IMG/VR virus record: IMGVR_UViG_3300037189_026207
Span: 1-64,000 of that record
Strand: one strand, 5' to 3'
DNA: 64,000 nucleotides
DNA from: a virus
This document shows positions 29,482-38,925 of this stretch, piece by piece; the stretch's first letter is position 1, and every line of letters begins with the position of its first letter. Below the pieces are notes generated by a model. It was not told the origin of the DNA. It was given only the letters and a program-made list of their open reading frames with translations, and did no database searches. The position numbers and the translations under genes are program-made.

Positions 29482-30429
29482 ATGCTACTACTCACTGGCG
29501 CGGCAGGATTTATCGGATCAAACATCCTGCGCGGATTAAACGCGCGTGGGTATACCGACATTATTTGCGTCGACGATCTGACCGACGGCACTAAATGCGT
29601 AAATCTTAGCGGCACAAAATTCTACGACTACTACGACTGCGAAGAATTATTCTTTCAGCGTCTTTCCGTTAAATTGCAAGGCATTATTCACATGGGCGCC
29701 ACGTCGAGCACGGGCGCCGCGGATGGCCGTGAAATTATTGCTAACAACTTTAGCTACACAAAAAAAATCTTCAGATTAGCGGAAAGCAATAACTGCCCAG
29801 TCGTGTACGCCAGCTCGGCCAGCGTGTACGGCAACGGCGCAAGAGGATTCCGCGAAGAGGAGGAGTGCGAGCAGCCTAACTCGCCCTACTCCTGCTCCAA
29901 GTGGATGATTGACCAGTACGTGCATCGGCACAGTATTCCCGCCGTGGGCTTACGGTACTTCAATGTGTACGGTCCTGGCGAAGAGCATAAGCGAGAAAAT
30001 GCTAGTTTTGCGCACAAACTATTTAAAGCAGCGCTACAACAAAGTGCTGTTGAGATATTTGAGCATCCAACACAAACTATCAAGCGCGATTTTATTTATG
30101 TAAAAGACGCGGTTGATATTACGTTGTTTTGCTTATTTAGCAAATTTGTGCCCGGTGTTTACAACGTTGGTACGGGTATTCCGCAAAGCTTCGATGACAT
30201 GCTTGACGCCGGCACAGCTGCGTTCTGGGCTAGTCGTGTTGGCGGAACAGTTCCTAGCGGAGTAAACCGACGCCCGCTGCCGGAAGAGTGGCTGAGCCGG
30301 TATCAAGTCTATACGTGCGCAGACATCACAAATTTAAGAAAATTAGGATGGACTAACCCCATGACTACGCTGCAAGACGGCATGAAGCAGCACTGGGAGG
30401 CAATGACAGATGGAACCAGGGCGACATAA
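29482..30429 (+). CDS. hldD: ADP-L-glycero-D-manno-heptose 6-epimerase
   Basis: TGAAGFIGSNI...LN..G.TDI..VD.L.DGTK.VNL, YASSASVYG, YxxxK (YSCSK), LRYFNVYG..E.HK, RDFIYV.D, YQ.YT.AD. Confidence 0.88.
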   Translation: MLLLTGAAGFIGSNILRGLNARGYTDIICVDDLTDGTKCVNLSGTKFYDYYDCEELFFQRLSVKLQGIIHMGATSSTGAADGREIIANNFSYTKKIFRLAESNNCPVVYASSASVYGNGARGFREEEECEQPNSPYSCSKWMIDQYVHRHSIPAVGLRYFNVYGPGEEHKRENASFAHKLFKAALQQSAVEIFEHPTQTIKRDFIYVKDAVDITLFCLFSKFVPGVYNVGTGIPQSFDDMLDAGTAAFWASRVGGTVPSGVNRRPLPEEWLSRYQVYTCADITNLRKLGWTNPMTTLQDGMKQHWEAMTDGTRAT

Positions 30430-30649
30430 CGCTCAATTCCCTGTAGACGAAAGCGAATACTTATTTGCCCAAGCGGAACCAGAAATTGAATTTAATGAGC
30501 CGCTTGAGGCTAAAGTTATCTCAGACGAATTAGGCGCAACATTCAGCTGCCGAGACTGCGGAGAAATTCAAGAAATTGACTATTGCCTGGGCTGCGATTG
30601 CTTTGTGTGCGAGCGTTGCGCTATGAGTTATTTAGCGGACCGCGCCTAA
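30410..30649 (+). CDS. Small Zn-finger protein
   Basis: CRDC..CLGC..CERC. Confidence 0.5.
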   Translation: MEPGRHNAQFPVDESEYLFAQAEPEIEFNEPLEAKVISDELGATFSCRDCGEIQEIDYCLGCDCFVCERCAMSYLADRA

Positions 30650-31101
30650 TGCAAACGTTTCTGCCTTATCCAGACTATGAAGAATCAGCAAAATGCCTCG
30701 ACTATCGACGGCTCGGCAAACAACGCGTGGAGTGCAAGCAACTGCTGCTCGCGCTTGGCGTGACTGTTGGCGCGCACGTGCCTAAAAAGTCTGGCTGGAA
30801 AAATCACCCAGCCACAAAAATGTGGCGCGGGTACGAAATTGAGTTATGTCGATACGCCATTGTAATCTGCTGGGAATGGCGGAACAGAGGCTACAAAGAC
30901 GAATTAGCGCGTCAATTTATATTTGCCGCAACCGTAAACGCAATGTCCACAGAATCGTGGATCGGTAAAAAACCGCCGTGGCTCGGAGACGATTTTCTAC
31001 ACAGCAGCCACCGCAGCAATTTATTACGCAAAGATCCAGATCATTACGGGCAATTTGGCTGGGAAGAACCCGACAACCTGCCTTACGTTTGGCCGGTATA
31101 G
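30649..31101 (+). CDS. Pyrimidine-dimer glycosylase-related (MSMEG_6728-like) protein
   Basis: MQTFLPY...LD.RRLGKQRVE...W.NHPA..MW.GY...PPWLG...H.SHRSNLLRKD...YVWP. Confidence 0.85.
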   Translation: MQTFLPYPDYEESAKCLDYRRLGKQRVECKQLLLALGVTVGAHVPKKSGWKNHPATKMWRGYEIELCRYAIVICWEWRNRGYKDELARQFIFAATVNAMSTESWIGKKPPWLGDDFLHSSHRSNLLRKDPDHYGQFGWEEPDNLPYVWPV

Positions 31102-31108
31102 CAAAGGA

Positions 31109-31396
31109 ATGATAGTGACAAGCATATGCGAGCGCGGCGGAACCCTGCTTGTTTCCGACGACGGAGACATTCAAGCATGGCTGCCGCTAGGCGGCGACTG
31201 TAATTGGAGAGAAATTTCGTGGCGGAGTAATAATTACCCAGCGTTACGCGTTAGCGATGTAACAGCCACTAAAGCTGAAATTGCGTCATTTATTAAAAGA
31301 AATTACGTTGGTTGGCTTATAAGAAAAGTCAACTTAGCTGGCATTACAACTGACGCAGATGGGCGTATTACAGATCATGCAGGAATTACACCGTGA
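31109..31396 (+). CDS. Hypothetical protein
   Basis: AAGGA RBS. Confidence 0.5.
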   Translation: MIVTSICERGGTLLVSDDGDIQAWLPLGGDCNWREISWRSNNYPALRVSDVTATKAEIASFIKRNYVGWLIRKVNLAGITTDADGRITDHAGITP

Positions 31397-31785
31397 TTGA
31401 TACTACTCAACTACGCGGGTTTACTGGCACAGAAAATTGGTACAGATGGTCGCCGCTGTTTCCTAGAGTGTTACTAACCGACGGCACAAAATATGTAGCC
31501 GAGACAGCTGGCGAGCAAGGCGCATATTGGCTAATGGACGCAATTGCGTCGTACCAGCCTGAATTGCAGAAGAAGCGAAAAATGCAAGACTTTCAGCTGT
31601 GGACGCTGGCTGTTAATGAAAAAGATAAGACTGCTGTTTTAATGTGCCAAGAAGACAGCCATAAAGCGCCAGTTATAACACAAGATATTGATCACACAGA
31701 TTTTGATGTGCCGGAATTACGGCTGTACTGTATGCCGGCCGGCGATGGTAAATCTAAGGTCATTCTTCTCCCTAGTGAGTACTAA
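31393..31785 (+). CDS. DUF6876-family protein
   Basis: FTGTE.WY....TDG..Y.A...AYWL.D.I.S...TDF...LLPSEY. Confidence 0.85.
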   Translation: MIDTTQLRGFTGTENWYRWSPLFPRVLLTDGTKYVAETAGEQGAYWLMDAIASYQPELQKKRKMQDFQLWTLAVNEKDKTAVLMCQEDSHKAPVITQDIDHTDFDVPELRLYCMPAGDGKSKVILLPSEY

Positions 31786-31793
31786 CTATAACC

Positions 31794-33197
31794 ATGTCTA
31801 AAGCTCATAAGAAATTAATTGCAGACACGATCGCCCGCTGGCGCGAAACTATTTTGTACACAGGTCGCGGAGATGTTGACGCCGCAAAAAAGTTGATACA
31901 TTCCGTACACAAAAATGCAAACGTTTTTGTTGTTGATACGCCAGCGCAGTTTTACATCGCGCAAGCAATTTTACGGCGACGTATTTCAAAGAAATTTGCT
32001 GTTGAGACGGTGTGCCCAAGTTTTGGAATTGCGGCAGATTTTGTGAATGATTTACGCGCAATTGGCGGTCCAGTAAATATGATTAACGGGCAGTCTTGGA
32101 GCCGGCGCTCAACCAAAAATTTGTTTGATCGTGCGTGGGTGCTTTACTTGAATAATCTGTTTGCAGACAAGCTTCCCGACGCGAGTATTACACCAGCAAC
32201 CACGCAACGGCTAATCAACGGGCGCTCGCGCTGGTGGGTGCAAAACGACAACGCAATCGATCGGCGTGTCGTAATGGCGCATCAGATGTGTGATCTACAC
32301 GCGCTATATCACAGCTTCGGAAATAATGTTGCCACAAAAATTAAAGAAGAAGTAGACACAACCGGAAAAACGGACAAATTAGGTTTTAATGCAATTGCAG
32401 CGCATCTAGCGTTTCACACAAACAGTCGAATGGTTGAGAACTCGTGTCTCACGCTGGCGGGGGCTGTGTCTAACGCCGGCGTAGACATTGTTAACGGCAA
32501 CTACGACTGCTCGGCGCACTCGTTTGACGCGACGCAAGCAGAAATGCTGTGTCGTATTACAAATTGCAAGAAGCCAGAAGTAAACATTTGCCATGAAATT
32601 TTCCATTACGTGCCAGCTATTATGCATTTTCGCAGCGGATTTTTGTTGCTAGCAGAGCGACCTAAGATTGCGCTAAATGGCGACGGCATACTGCATTCTG
32701 AAACCGGGCAAGCGATTATGTATCGCGACGGCACGGGGTTCTGGTATCTCGAGGGGCATATGCTACGTCAGGCCGGGCGGCAGATCGTGATGAGCCCGGA
32801 AACGCTGGACGGCAAAACTGTCGAGAATATCGAGAACGAGGAGGAACGCAGAATCGCTATCGATCGACTGGGCTGGGAAAAGTACCTTAGCGATATCGAC
32901 GCCAAGGTGCTGGACTCCAGAGAGAATTGGATCGACAATACGATTGAGGTGTTGTTTGCAACTCCGCCACGCCAAGCTGGTCGGGAAGAGCAGCTGCGCA
33001 CATTGCTATCATGTCGGTCAACTGGCCGGCGGTATTTTATGGCTGTACCTAGTGAGACAGAAAATTCATGGTTTCGGCGGCATAAGTCGATCCCAATTAA
33101 AACTTGTGAAGATGTTCAAAAGTGGATGGCAAACGGAGCAAAGTGCGATTATTTGCCTTATGCCAGCCATGATGTTCGAGTGATCGGTGCTTCTTAA
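31794..33197 (+). CDS. DUF6745-domain protein
   Basis: LH...G.A..YRDG.G..Y..G...N.E.RR..I...G...C.STGR.Y...VP. Confidence 0.8.
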   Translation: MSKAHKKLIADTIARWRETILYTGRGDVDAAKKLIHSVHKNANVFVVDTPAQFYIAQAILRRRISKKFAVETVCPSFGIAADFVNDLRAIGGPVNMINGQSWSRRSTKNLFDRAWVLYLNNLFADKLPDASITPATTQRLINGRSRWWVQNDNAIDRRVVMAHQMCDLHALYHSFGNNVATKIKEEVDTTGKTDKLGFNAIAAHLAFHTNSRMVENSCLTLAGAVSNAGVDIVNGNYDCSAHSFDATQAEMLCRITNCKKPEVNICHEIFHYVPAIMHFRSGFLLLAERPKIALNGDGILHSETGQAIMYRDGTGFWYLEGHMLRQAGRQIVMSPETLDGKTVENIENEEERRIAIDRLGWEKYLSDIDAKVLDSRENWIDNTIEVLFATPPRQAGREEQLRTLLSCRSTGRRYFMAVPSETENSWFRRHKSIPIKTCEDVQKWMANGAKCDYLPYASHDVRVIGAS

Positions 33198-33208
33198 AGG
33201 AGAAAAGC

Positions 33209-33790
33209 ATGTCAGCTGTTCTTGACGCGATTCGCCAGGTAACTGAAGTTGCAGAGAAAATTAAGAATGATAGTCCGCAAGATTTTCCAATTGCGGCTAA
33301 TGTTGGAGACGCAGTACGGCAAGGCGATATTTATATTCAATTGCTCGAGCCGTTAACTAAGGCGCCAGCTTTTTATACAAAGATTGCTGAGCCGGTGTTT
33401 CCATATCAGTTAGCGCCTGGAAATACCAAGGGGTCGAGGCATTGTTTGGAAGCCAGTGACGGCGTAGAAATTTACGTACCACAAACTGACGTGCTTTTAG
33501 ATGAGAATCTTGACGGCAATGATCGGTTTGAACTTGGTCGTGGATTTCGAGAGGATGTACACAAGTATGCTGAAAATCTTTCTTCAGTAGCCGGCGTACC
33601 TGTACATGAAATCGCCGCCGGAATTATCGAGGCTATGGATCTTGCTGGTCCGATTTTCGTGTTGAAGAATCCGACTACAGTATCGCATCCAGAGCATGGT
33701 AATTGGAATTTGCCGGCCGGAACGTATCGGTGTGTGTTTCAGCGCACTGTGTCGCTTAGTAGCAACTCTATTCGTAGAGTTTTAGACTGA
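33209..33790 (+). CDS. RQGD-motif partner of DUF6745
   Basis: RQGDI...LA.G...G..H...HPEH....L..G.Y....QR. Confidence 0.75.
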   Translation: MSAVLDAIRQVTEVAEKIKNDSPQDFPIAANVGDAVRQGDIYIQLLEPLTKAPAFYTKIAEPVFPYQLAPGNTKGSRHCLEASDGVEIYVPQTDVLLDENLDGNDRFELGRGFREDVHKYAENLSSVAGVPVHEIAAGIIEAMDLAGPIFVLKNPTTVSHPEHGNWNLPAGTYRCVFQRTVSLSSNSIRRVLD

Positions 33791-33800
33791 TTGTGTCGAG

Positions 33801-33984
33801 TGTTGAGATTTGGATTAATGCCAATCTCAACAATATTTTTTACGCAACAAAGGGCTGGATTAACGCCGCCCTTTGTTGTTTTTGTTTTTGGAGGGCGCTT
33901 TTAAACGCCCTCCAAAACATTTAAATTTGTTCATGTTGCTCTTATTTCTATACTAGGGAAGTATTCCCTAATCGAACTAAGTTC
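33801..33984. repeat. Cluster of five tandem inverted repeats; two share the loop TGGATTAAYGCC
   Basis: Stems at 33801-33832, 33845-33878, 33883-33919, 33954-33970 and 33974-33984. Confidence 0.9.
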
Positions 33985-34107
33985 TGTACAAAGTGGAAAG
34001 CTGGCGACGCAAAACGCCTGAAATTCTAGCCTTTTTTGGCGAATTGAGAAAATCTTAACCTCTGCGAGTTTTGTGGCCGCCCGCATTTTTCTGGGCAAAA
34101 CACAGGC

Positions 34108-34135
34108 TTGCGTCGTTTCGTATTCGCGATACACT
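34108..34135 (+). promoter_or_regulatory. Sigma70-like promoter
   Basis: TTGCGT-16 nt-TACACT, followed by GGAGG RBS. Confidence 0.45.
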
Positions 34136-34160
34136 ACACGCCCTGACTGTTGGAGGCTCT

Positions 34161-34466
34161 GTGGATTACCAAACTGACGAAGAGTTGTTTATTGACGGCT
34201 ACCGGCTTGTTTTAACGTCTCTAGCCTGTCCCGAGCAATACGATGTGTTCAACGCAAATGAAGTCAAAGTTGGGTACCTGCGTTTGCGTAGCGGCTATTT
34301 CCGCGCCGACTGCCCAACCTGCGGTGGCGATACAGTATACGAAGCGCACACACGCGGCGACGGCATGTTCGACAACGACGAGCGCCTGCCGCAATTAAGC
34401 GCAGCTATCGCGGCAATTTCTGCTTATTGGAAAAAGGCTATGGAGGAAAAGAATGACGACGCCTGA
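34161..34466 (+). CDS. Conserved phage protein (ACPEQYD...GYLRLR.G)
   Basis: GGAGG RBS, GTG start. Confidence 0.7.
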   Translation: MDYQTDEELFIDGYRLVLTSLACPEQYDVFNANEVKVGYLRLRSGYFRADCPTCGGDTVYEAHTRGDGMFDNDERLPQLSAAIAAISAYWKKAMEEKNDDA

Positions 34467-34749
34467 CGTAGTAAGCGTGCCGAAGCCAGGCTGTGTGCAT
34501 CCCGTTGCCTATTCCGGCGACGTGCTCAATCAATTGCAGCATTGGCGGCACCGGCATATTGCGCACTCCGGCGAGCTTTACGACGCCGCGGCTGAAGAGA
34601 TTATCCGCCTGAAAAAGTTGTTGTTAAAATATGCAGGTAAGCTTAGCCGGGCAGAAGCAGAGATTCGCGCACTTAAGGGCGAAAATTTAACTCCAATCGA
34701 CCCAACACGAATCGACCCAACACGCGCCGACTCATGGACGACAAGTTAA
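34453..34749 (+). CDS. Hypothetical protein; contains a perfect 15-bp duplication (34695-34724)
   Basis: GGAGG RBS; IDPTR-IDPTR. Confidence 0.6.
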   Translation: MTTPDVVSVPKPGCVHPVAYSGDVLNQLQHWRHRHIAHSGELYDAAAEEIIRLKKLLLKYAGKLSRAEAEIRALKGENLTPIDPTRIDPTRADSWTTS

Positions 34750-35048
34750 TTATAACGCAGATTTTAGACGATATGCGCCGGCACTCATCTGCTGAAAGTG
34801 TCATGCGCTCGCAGCTTTCGGCTAAAGTTGCAGAGCTAGAAAAAGAAGTGAATTCGTGGGAACATGAGTCGCTTAAAGATGACCAACGCATTCGTACAAT
34901 GAAGTACACTATCGCATTGTTTGCTAGCGTGTTAAAACAAATCGCTAATCCGCCCAACGCCGCGGGAGAATACGCACTCACCCGTGCAGATTGCGAAAAC
35001 TTAGCGCGCGCAGTATTAGAGCAGGAGGCCAGTCATGAAGAAAAGTAG
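34734..35048 (+). CDS. Coiled-coil hypothetical protein
   Basis: Operon overlap. Confidence 0.55.
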   Translation: MDDKLIITQILDDMRRHSSAESVMRSQLSAKVAELEKEVNSWEHESLKDDQRIRTMKYTIALFASVLKQIANPPNAAGEYALTRADCENLARAVLEQEASHEEK

Positions 35049-35496
35049 ATTGCACAAGTACATCGGTCGAAATGAAAAATGTCCGTGCGGCAGCAGCATT
35101 AAATTTAAAAGGTGCCACGGCCGCAATTCTTCGGACCGTCGTGTCGTGACGCGCAAAGAATATATCGACGCGGGCGAAATCCCGATTCGCTGGGTAATCG
35201 CGAACGAGAAAGCTACGGCGTTCTTTTCCGACATCAAAAACCGCATTCTTGTATTCGCCGATCGGCAGGTCGCGGTTGACGTTACCCGCCTTGATATTTT
35301 TGCGTCTGCCGGCGAGGGAGAAATTAACTTAGCTGGCGTGGGGCCGAAAAAGTGGCAACATTTGCAAGAGACGTTGCCTTTTATCGAAGTCGGGTCGCTT
35401 GAGATGGCCAAGGCGCTTTTACAGGAGCGCATTGAGCAAAAAACTGAGGAACTAGGCAGTGCAGAAGAAGAAAAAGACAGTAACCCCGAGCAGTAA
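35035..35496 (+). CDS. SEC-C motif protein
   Basis: IGRNEKCPCGS..KFK.CHG. Confidence 0.8.
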   Translation: MKKSRLHKYIGRNEKCPCGSSIKFKRCHGRNSSDRRVVTRKEYIDAGEIPIRWVIANEKATAFFSDIKNRILVFADRQVAVDVTRLDIFASAGEGEINLAGVGPKKWQHLQETLPFIEVGSLEMAKALLQERIEQKTEELGSAEEEKDSNPEQ

Positions 35497-35713
35497 AGCT
35501 GCCAGCAAATCTACTCGCGCTGAAAAACCAGCGTATCTAATTGTTGAAAAAATTGACGGCGAAGTACACGTCTATATGGAATCCGCCAATCATTACGAGA
35601 ACGCTAAGCAGTGGCGCTACGACTCGATCGAGCTATCGCCAGAAGTGCTTGGGCACGAATGTAATTTAGCGGCATACGGCGACAATGTTCATTTTGTTTT
35701 CAAACTTGCTTAA
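35459..35713 (+). CDS. Hypothetical protein (start uncertain)
   Basis: Fills a gap in the operon. Confidence 0.5.
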   Translation: MQKKKKTVTPSSKAASKSTRAEKPAYLIVEKIDGEVHVYMESANHYENAKQWRYDSIELSPEVLGHECNLAAYGDNVHFVFKLA

Positions 35714-35725
35714 CGAAAGGCAGTT

Positions 35726-36106
35726 ATGCTCAATAGTGGCGGCAATACGCCCACGATGCAGGAGATGCTTCGGTATTGGTACACAAAGTTATCTATTGAA
35801 GAGATTGCCAAGCGGCTCGAGATTAGCGTAAATAAGGTTCACAGACTTCGCCGCCGATACAGGCTGCCCACTCGATCCGCTATTGAAAAAACTGGCCGAG
35901 CAAACCACGAGCCGACGCCAGAAGAAATTGTGGAAAGTGCCGCGTTTATTCGGTCAAATTGGACGCCTGCGCAAGAGGCGTCTCGGCGTGTAAATCGCGG
36001 CGCAATCGAGCCGTGGACTCCGCCAAGTTATTCGTATAACAGTCGATCAGGTATTTTTTCTAGCACCTCTTTGTCTAACACCGGTAAAGATAAGGACAAC
36101 GTATGA
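35726..36106 (+). CDS. HTH DNA-binding protein
   Basis: SIEEIAKRLEISVNKVHRLRRRYRLP. Confidence 0.7.
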   Translation: MLNSGGNTPTMQEMLRYWYTKLSIEEIAKRLEISVNKVHRLRRRYRLPTRSAIEKTGRANHEPTPEEIVESAAFIRSNWTPAQEASRRVNRGAIEPWTPPSYSYNSRSGIFSSTSLSNTGKDKDNV

Positions 36107-36354
36107 CTAATTCAGGTGGCGGTTCGTCTGGGTGGGTGTTGGTTTTTATGGTGGTTGGTTTTGCTCTGTTGCTGCAGCTGGTTGTGGGTAACTCTGGCAA
36201 TACATCAACGCCTGCGCATTCAAATTCAAACACGCCGGAGCATCGGTATGTTCGCGAGCGTTTTCGGCAAGAGGGCTTCAGCGGCAGTGACTCTGAAGCC
36301 GCCGCTCGTGCAGTTATCAAGTTCCATGAAGCGCAAAAGCAGCGTGCTCAATAA
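36103..36354 (+). CDS. Small membrane-anchored protein
   Basis: N-terminal TM helix. Confidence 0.55.
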   Translation: MTNSGGGSSGWVLVFMVVGFALLLQLVVGNSGNTSTPAHSNSNTPEHRYVRERFRQEGFSGSDSEAAARAVIKFHEAQKQRAQ

Positions 36355-36829
36355 GCTGCGAGGGTTCTGCAAGCGAGTGCGGCGGAGTTGGGACTACGCC
36401 GTACTCGGTTGGTCAAATTATGATTTTGATTACGGCTACTTATTAGCGGTGCTGCGTTTTAAACTAGAGCGGATGCATAAGTTCCTCTCTGGTCCAGACG
36501 CAATCGCCACTCACGATAAGCCGGCCTTGCAAAGTCTACGATTGGCTGCTAGGCTCGCGAAGAAGCTCGAGACAGACGAATATATCTTCTTCGTCGATCG
36601 GCACAATGAAAAGTGGAAACACGTACCGACACATGAGCACATCGAGCCTACGCCCGATGAGCGAAAAGCCGGTATTGGCATGATTAGTCGTCCAATCCGA
36701 ACGCCAGAGACGGCGGCAGCGCGCACGGAGTATATCCGCGCAGTTGAAGACGACCAAAAGATTAGAGCACGAGATTTAAGGTGGTTATTCTCCATAATTG
36801 AGGAATACCACACGAGATGGTGGGATTGA
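36326..36829 (+). CDS. Hypothetical protein (DFDY.YLL..L.FKL..M...WWD)
   Basis: Common phage motif pattern. Confidence 0.6.
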   Translation: MKRKSSVLNKLRGFCKRVRRSWDYAVLGWSNYDFDYGYLLAVLRFKLERMHKFLSGPDAIATHDKPALQSLRLAARLAKKLETDEYIFFVDRHNEKWKHVPTHEHIEPTPDERKAGIGMISRPIRTPETAAARTEYIRAVEDDQKIRARDLRWLFSIIEEYHTRWWD

Positions 36830-36887
36830 AGGACTGCAGGTGTGTTGCCAGCGGGCCAGATTTACCTCTTAAACAAAAGGAGCACTT

Positions 36888-37898
36888 ATGTGCGCTAAAC
36901 CCAGTTCGGCCGGTTTGCGGAAAAAGATTGCGGCAGCTACTCATACGCCTAAAAAGGTTGACGTGAAGCCGCTCAAAGTGATTTGGATGACCCCGGCGCA
37001 GTGGCATGCTGTTCCGGCAAATCCTTACCAGAAAGCTAATCGCGCTAAGCGCACAAACATCGAGCACCTTCGACATTTTGTTGAAGAGCACGCTACAGTC
37101 CGTATGGGAATTTATCCTGACGGAAAGCGCTGCAAGATCGACGCCCACACGCGCGACGATATTTGGACAAATCGTCCGTGGCTTGTAGATTTTATTCCGG
37201 CGCGGCTACGCGTTGAGTGCTATGAAGTTGCAGACGACGAGGAGGCAGCTGCTCGTTTTCGTCGCTGTGACAACAAGAAGACAGCGAAGAACGCTGCGGA
37301 TGATGTGCACGGATCTTTCCGGCTGCAGGGCATCCCGACGGAGTCGCGGTTCTTTCAAAGTGCTTCAAATATCAAAAGTCCGCTGCAGTACGCTTACGAG
37401 ATTGTGGTCGCTAGCACTAATCCGCCTGGCGTTCCACACTCGCTGAAAGCCGCCACAATCGACGACTATGTAATCATGTTCAAGGACGCTCTTGTCGCCC
37501 TTGACGCGATTAACGTGAATCGATCGCGGTTGAGTGCGCCGTTTATTACGGCGTTTTTGCTTGCCTACACCAAGCACGGTGAAGACGTTCTCCCGTTCTT
37601 TATTCGGGTAAACGAGGGTACTCACGGGCGCAGGGATGGCAAATTAATGTGTCCAATTGCAGCTATTGAGCAAAAGCGTGACAAATGGGATAGCGGCGGG
37701 CGTACTGAGCATTTTGACCTGGTCGTTCAGGTTCTCGGCGCCCTCGACACATTTATGCAGCCCGCGGGCTTCCGCGATCCAAGCTACCAGCCCAAGGTTG
37801 ATATGCAAAAGATCATGGAAGTTGATTTGGATCACTACTTGCTTCGCGCCAAGGCCAAGCGAACTGGCCGCACGTTGAGCAAGCGCATGACGCGGTAA
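36888..37898 (+). CDS. ParB/Srx-like N-terminal domain protein
   Basis: NPYQ...HL...KIDAHTR resembles DGHxR; AAGGAG RBS. Confidence 0.5.
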   Translation: MCAKPSSAGLRKKIAAATHTPKKVDVKPLKVIWMTPAQWHAVPANPYQKANRAKRTNIEHLRHFVEEHATVRMGIYPDGKRCKIDAHTRDDIWTNRPWLVDFIPARLRVECYEVADDEEAAARFRRCDNKKTAKNAADDVHGSFRLQGIPTESRFFQSASNIKSPLQYAYEIVVASTNPPGVPHSLKAATIDDYVIMFKDALVALDAINVNRSRLSAPFITAFLLAYTKHGEDVLPFFIRVNEGTHGRRDGKLMCPIAAIEQKRDKWDSGGRTEHFDLVVQVLGALDTFMQPAGFRDPSYQPKVDMQKIMEVDLDHYLLRAKAKRTGRTLSKRMTR

Positions 37899-37913
37899 CT
37901 TTGTTGTTTGATC

Positions 37914-37951
37914 GCAGGGGGCGGAGGCTTTCTCCGCCCCCTGCTTTATTT
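37914..37951 (+). terminator. Intrinsic terminator
   Basis: gcagggggcggag...ctccgccccctgc then tttattt. Confidence 0.85.
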
Positions 37952-37962
37952 ATAGGTGTACT

Positions 37963-38925
37963 TTGTTTGAAAACTTTGGTCCGCAAAAATGGTGGATCGC
38001 AAAACTTCCCAAATTTGCTACGCAGAACTTCTCTTACAAATACGTAATTCAACCTGCGGCTAATTACAAAAAACGTAAATTTGCATTTAATACATATCGT
38101 GTTGTTCTTGCACATTTAAAGCGCGCTTATCGTTATTGGTTCTACCGATGCCGTGAGCTTGTGTGCAATGACCTCTGGCTCCCGACAGCGCCCGATAACA
38201 ACGCGACAGTTATTCGCCGGGCCGTAGCGCATTGCTTGTATTGCACTCCTAGCCACGTGGTGCTGCATAAAAACAAAAAACCGATACCTGTAAATCCGTG
38301 CAGCCAATATCAAATTTGTCCGTTTTGCGCCGCTCGTGTTGCGGAAGATCTATATCGAAGACTAATGCGGGCGTTGAAAACGCTAAAAACATCTGGCGCG
38401 ACGGCGTGGGCCACATACCGTTGCGAGCGATATGAAGTTGCGGCGAAAGGATTTGCTGATACGGGCCTGAGCGCCGCAGAATTTCAGGCGCACGTCAAAA
38501 AGCTACGCGAAGTTCTCGCCGATGAGCGCGTCCGATATCAAAAAATTTCAAAAGAGGTTGGAACGCAAACACTGGGCGCGCTTTGGGCTGTAGTGCCGTA
38601 TCCGGCTGACACGGGCTGGGTAGTTGAAATTAGGCAATTTTATCTGACTTATCCGCAGTCGCGCCGGCCGGCGAACCGTAAGCGTAATTCCTCTGAGTTA
38701 ACCTCGCAGTCTATTAATATTCGAAATACAAAGCAGGTGATAAACTTACTTGGTAACTTTGTTACTTATCCCGCTAGTCTGCTTACTGCGCATGCGGAGT
38801 TGACTGCAGTTGTTTTACACGCCCGGCGAGGACTGAGACTTTTAAATGGAACCGGACAACTCTACCGAAAAGGCCGAGAAGCCAAAAAAGAAGAAACAAT
38901 ACGAACGGCAGCGCACGTCCCCTGA
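37963..38925 (+). CDS. Basic Zn-binding protein resembling a degenerate rolling-circle Rep
   Basis: C..C...C....CPFCA.R; C-terminal GLRLL.G.G.LY; no HUH. Confidence 0.5.
   Translation: MFENFGPQKWWIAKLPKFATQNFSYKYVIQPAANYKKRKFAFNTYRVVLAHLKRAYRYWFYRCRELVCNDLWLPTAPDNNATVIRRAVAHCLYCTPSHVVLHKNKKPIPVNPCSQYQICPFCAARVAEDLYRRLMRALKTLKTSGATAWATYRCERYEVAAKGFADTGLSAAEFQAHVKKLREVLADERVRYQKISKEVGTQTLGALWAVVPYPADTGWVVEIRQFYLTYPQSRRPANRKRNSSELTSQSINIRNTKQVINLLGNFVTYPASLLTAHAELTAVVLHARRGLRLLNGTGQLYRKGREAKKEETIRTAAHVP

Noticed and set aside
35035-35496. secA
   Set aside because: Only the short SEC-C motif is present
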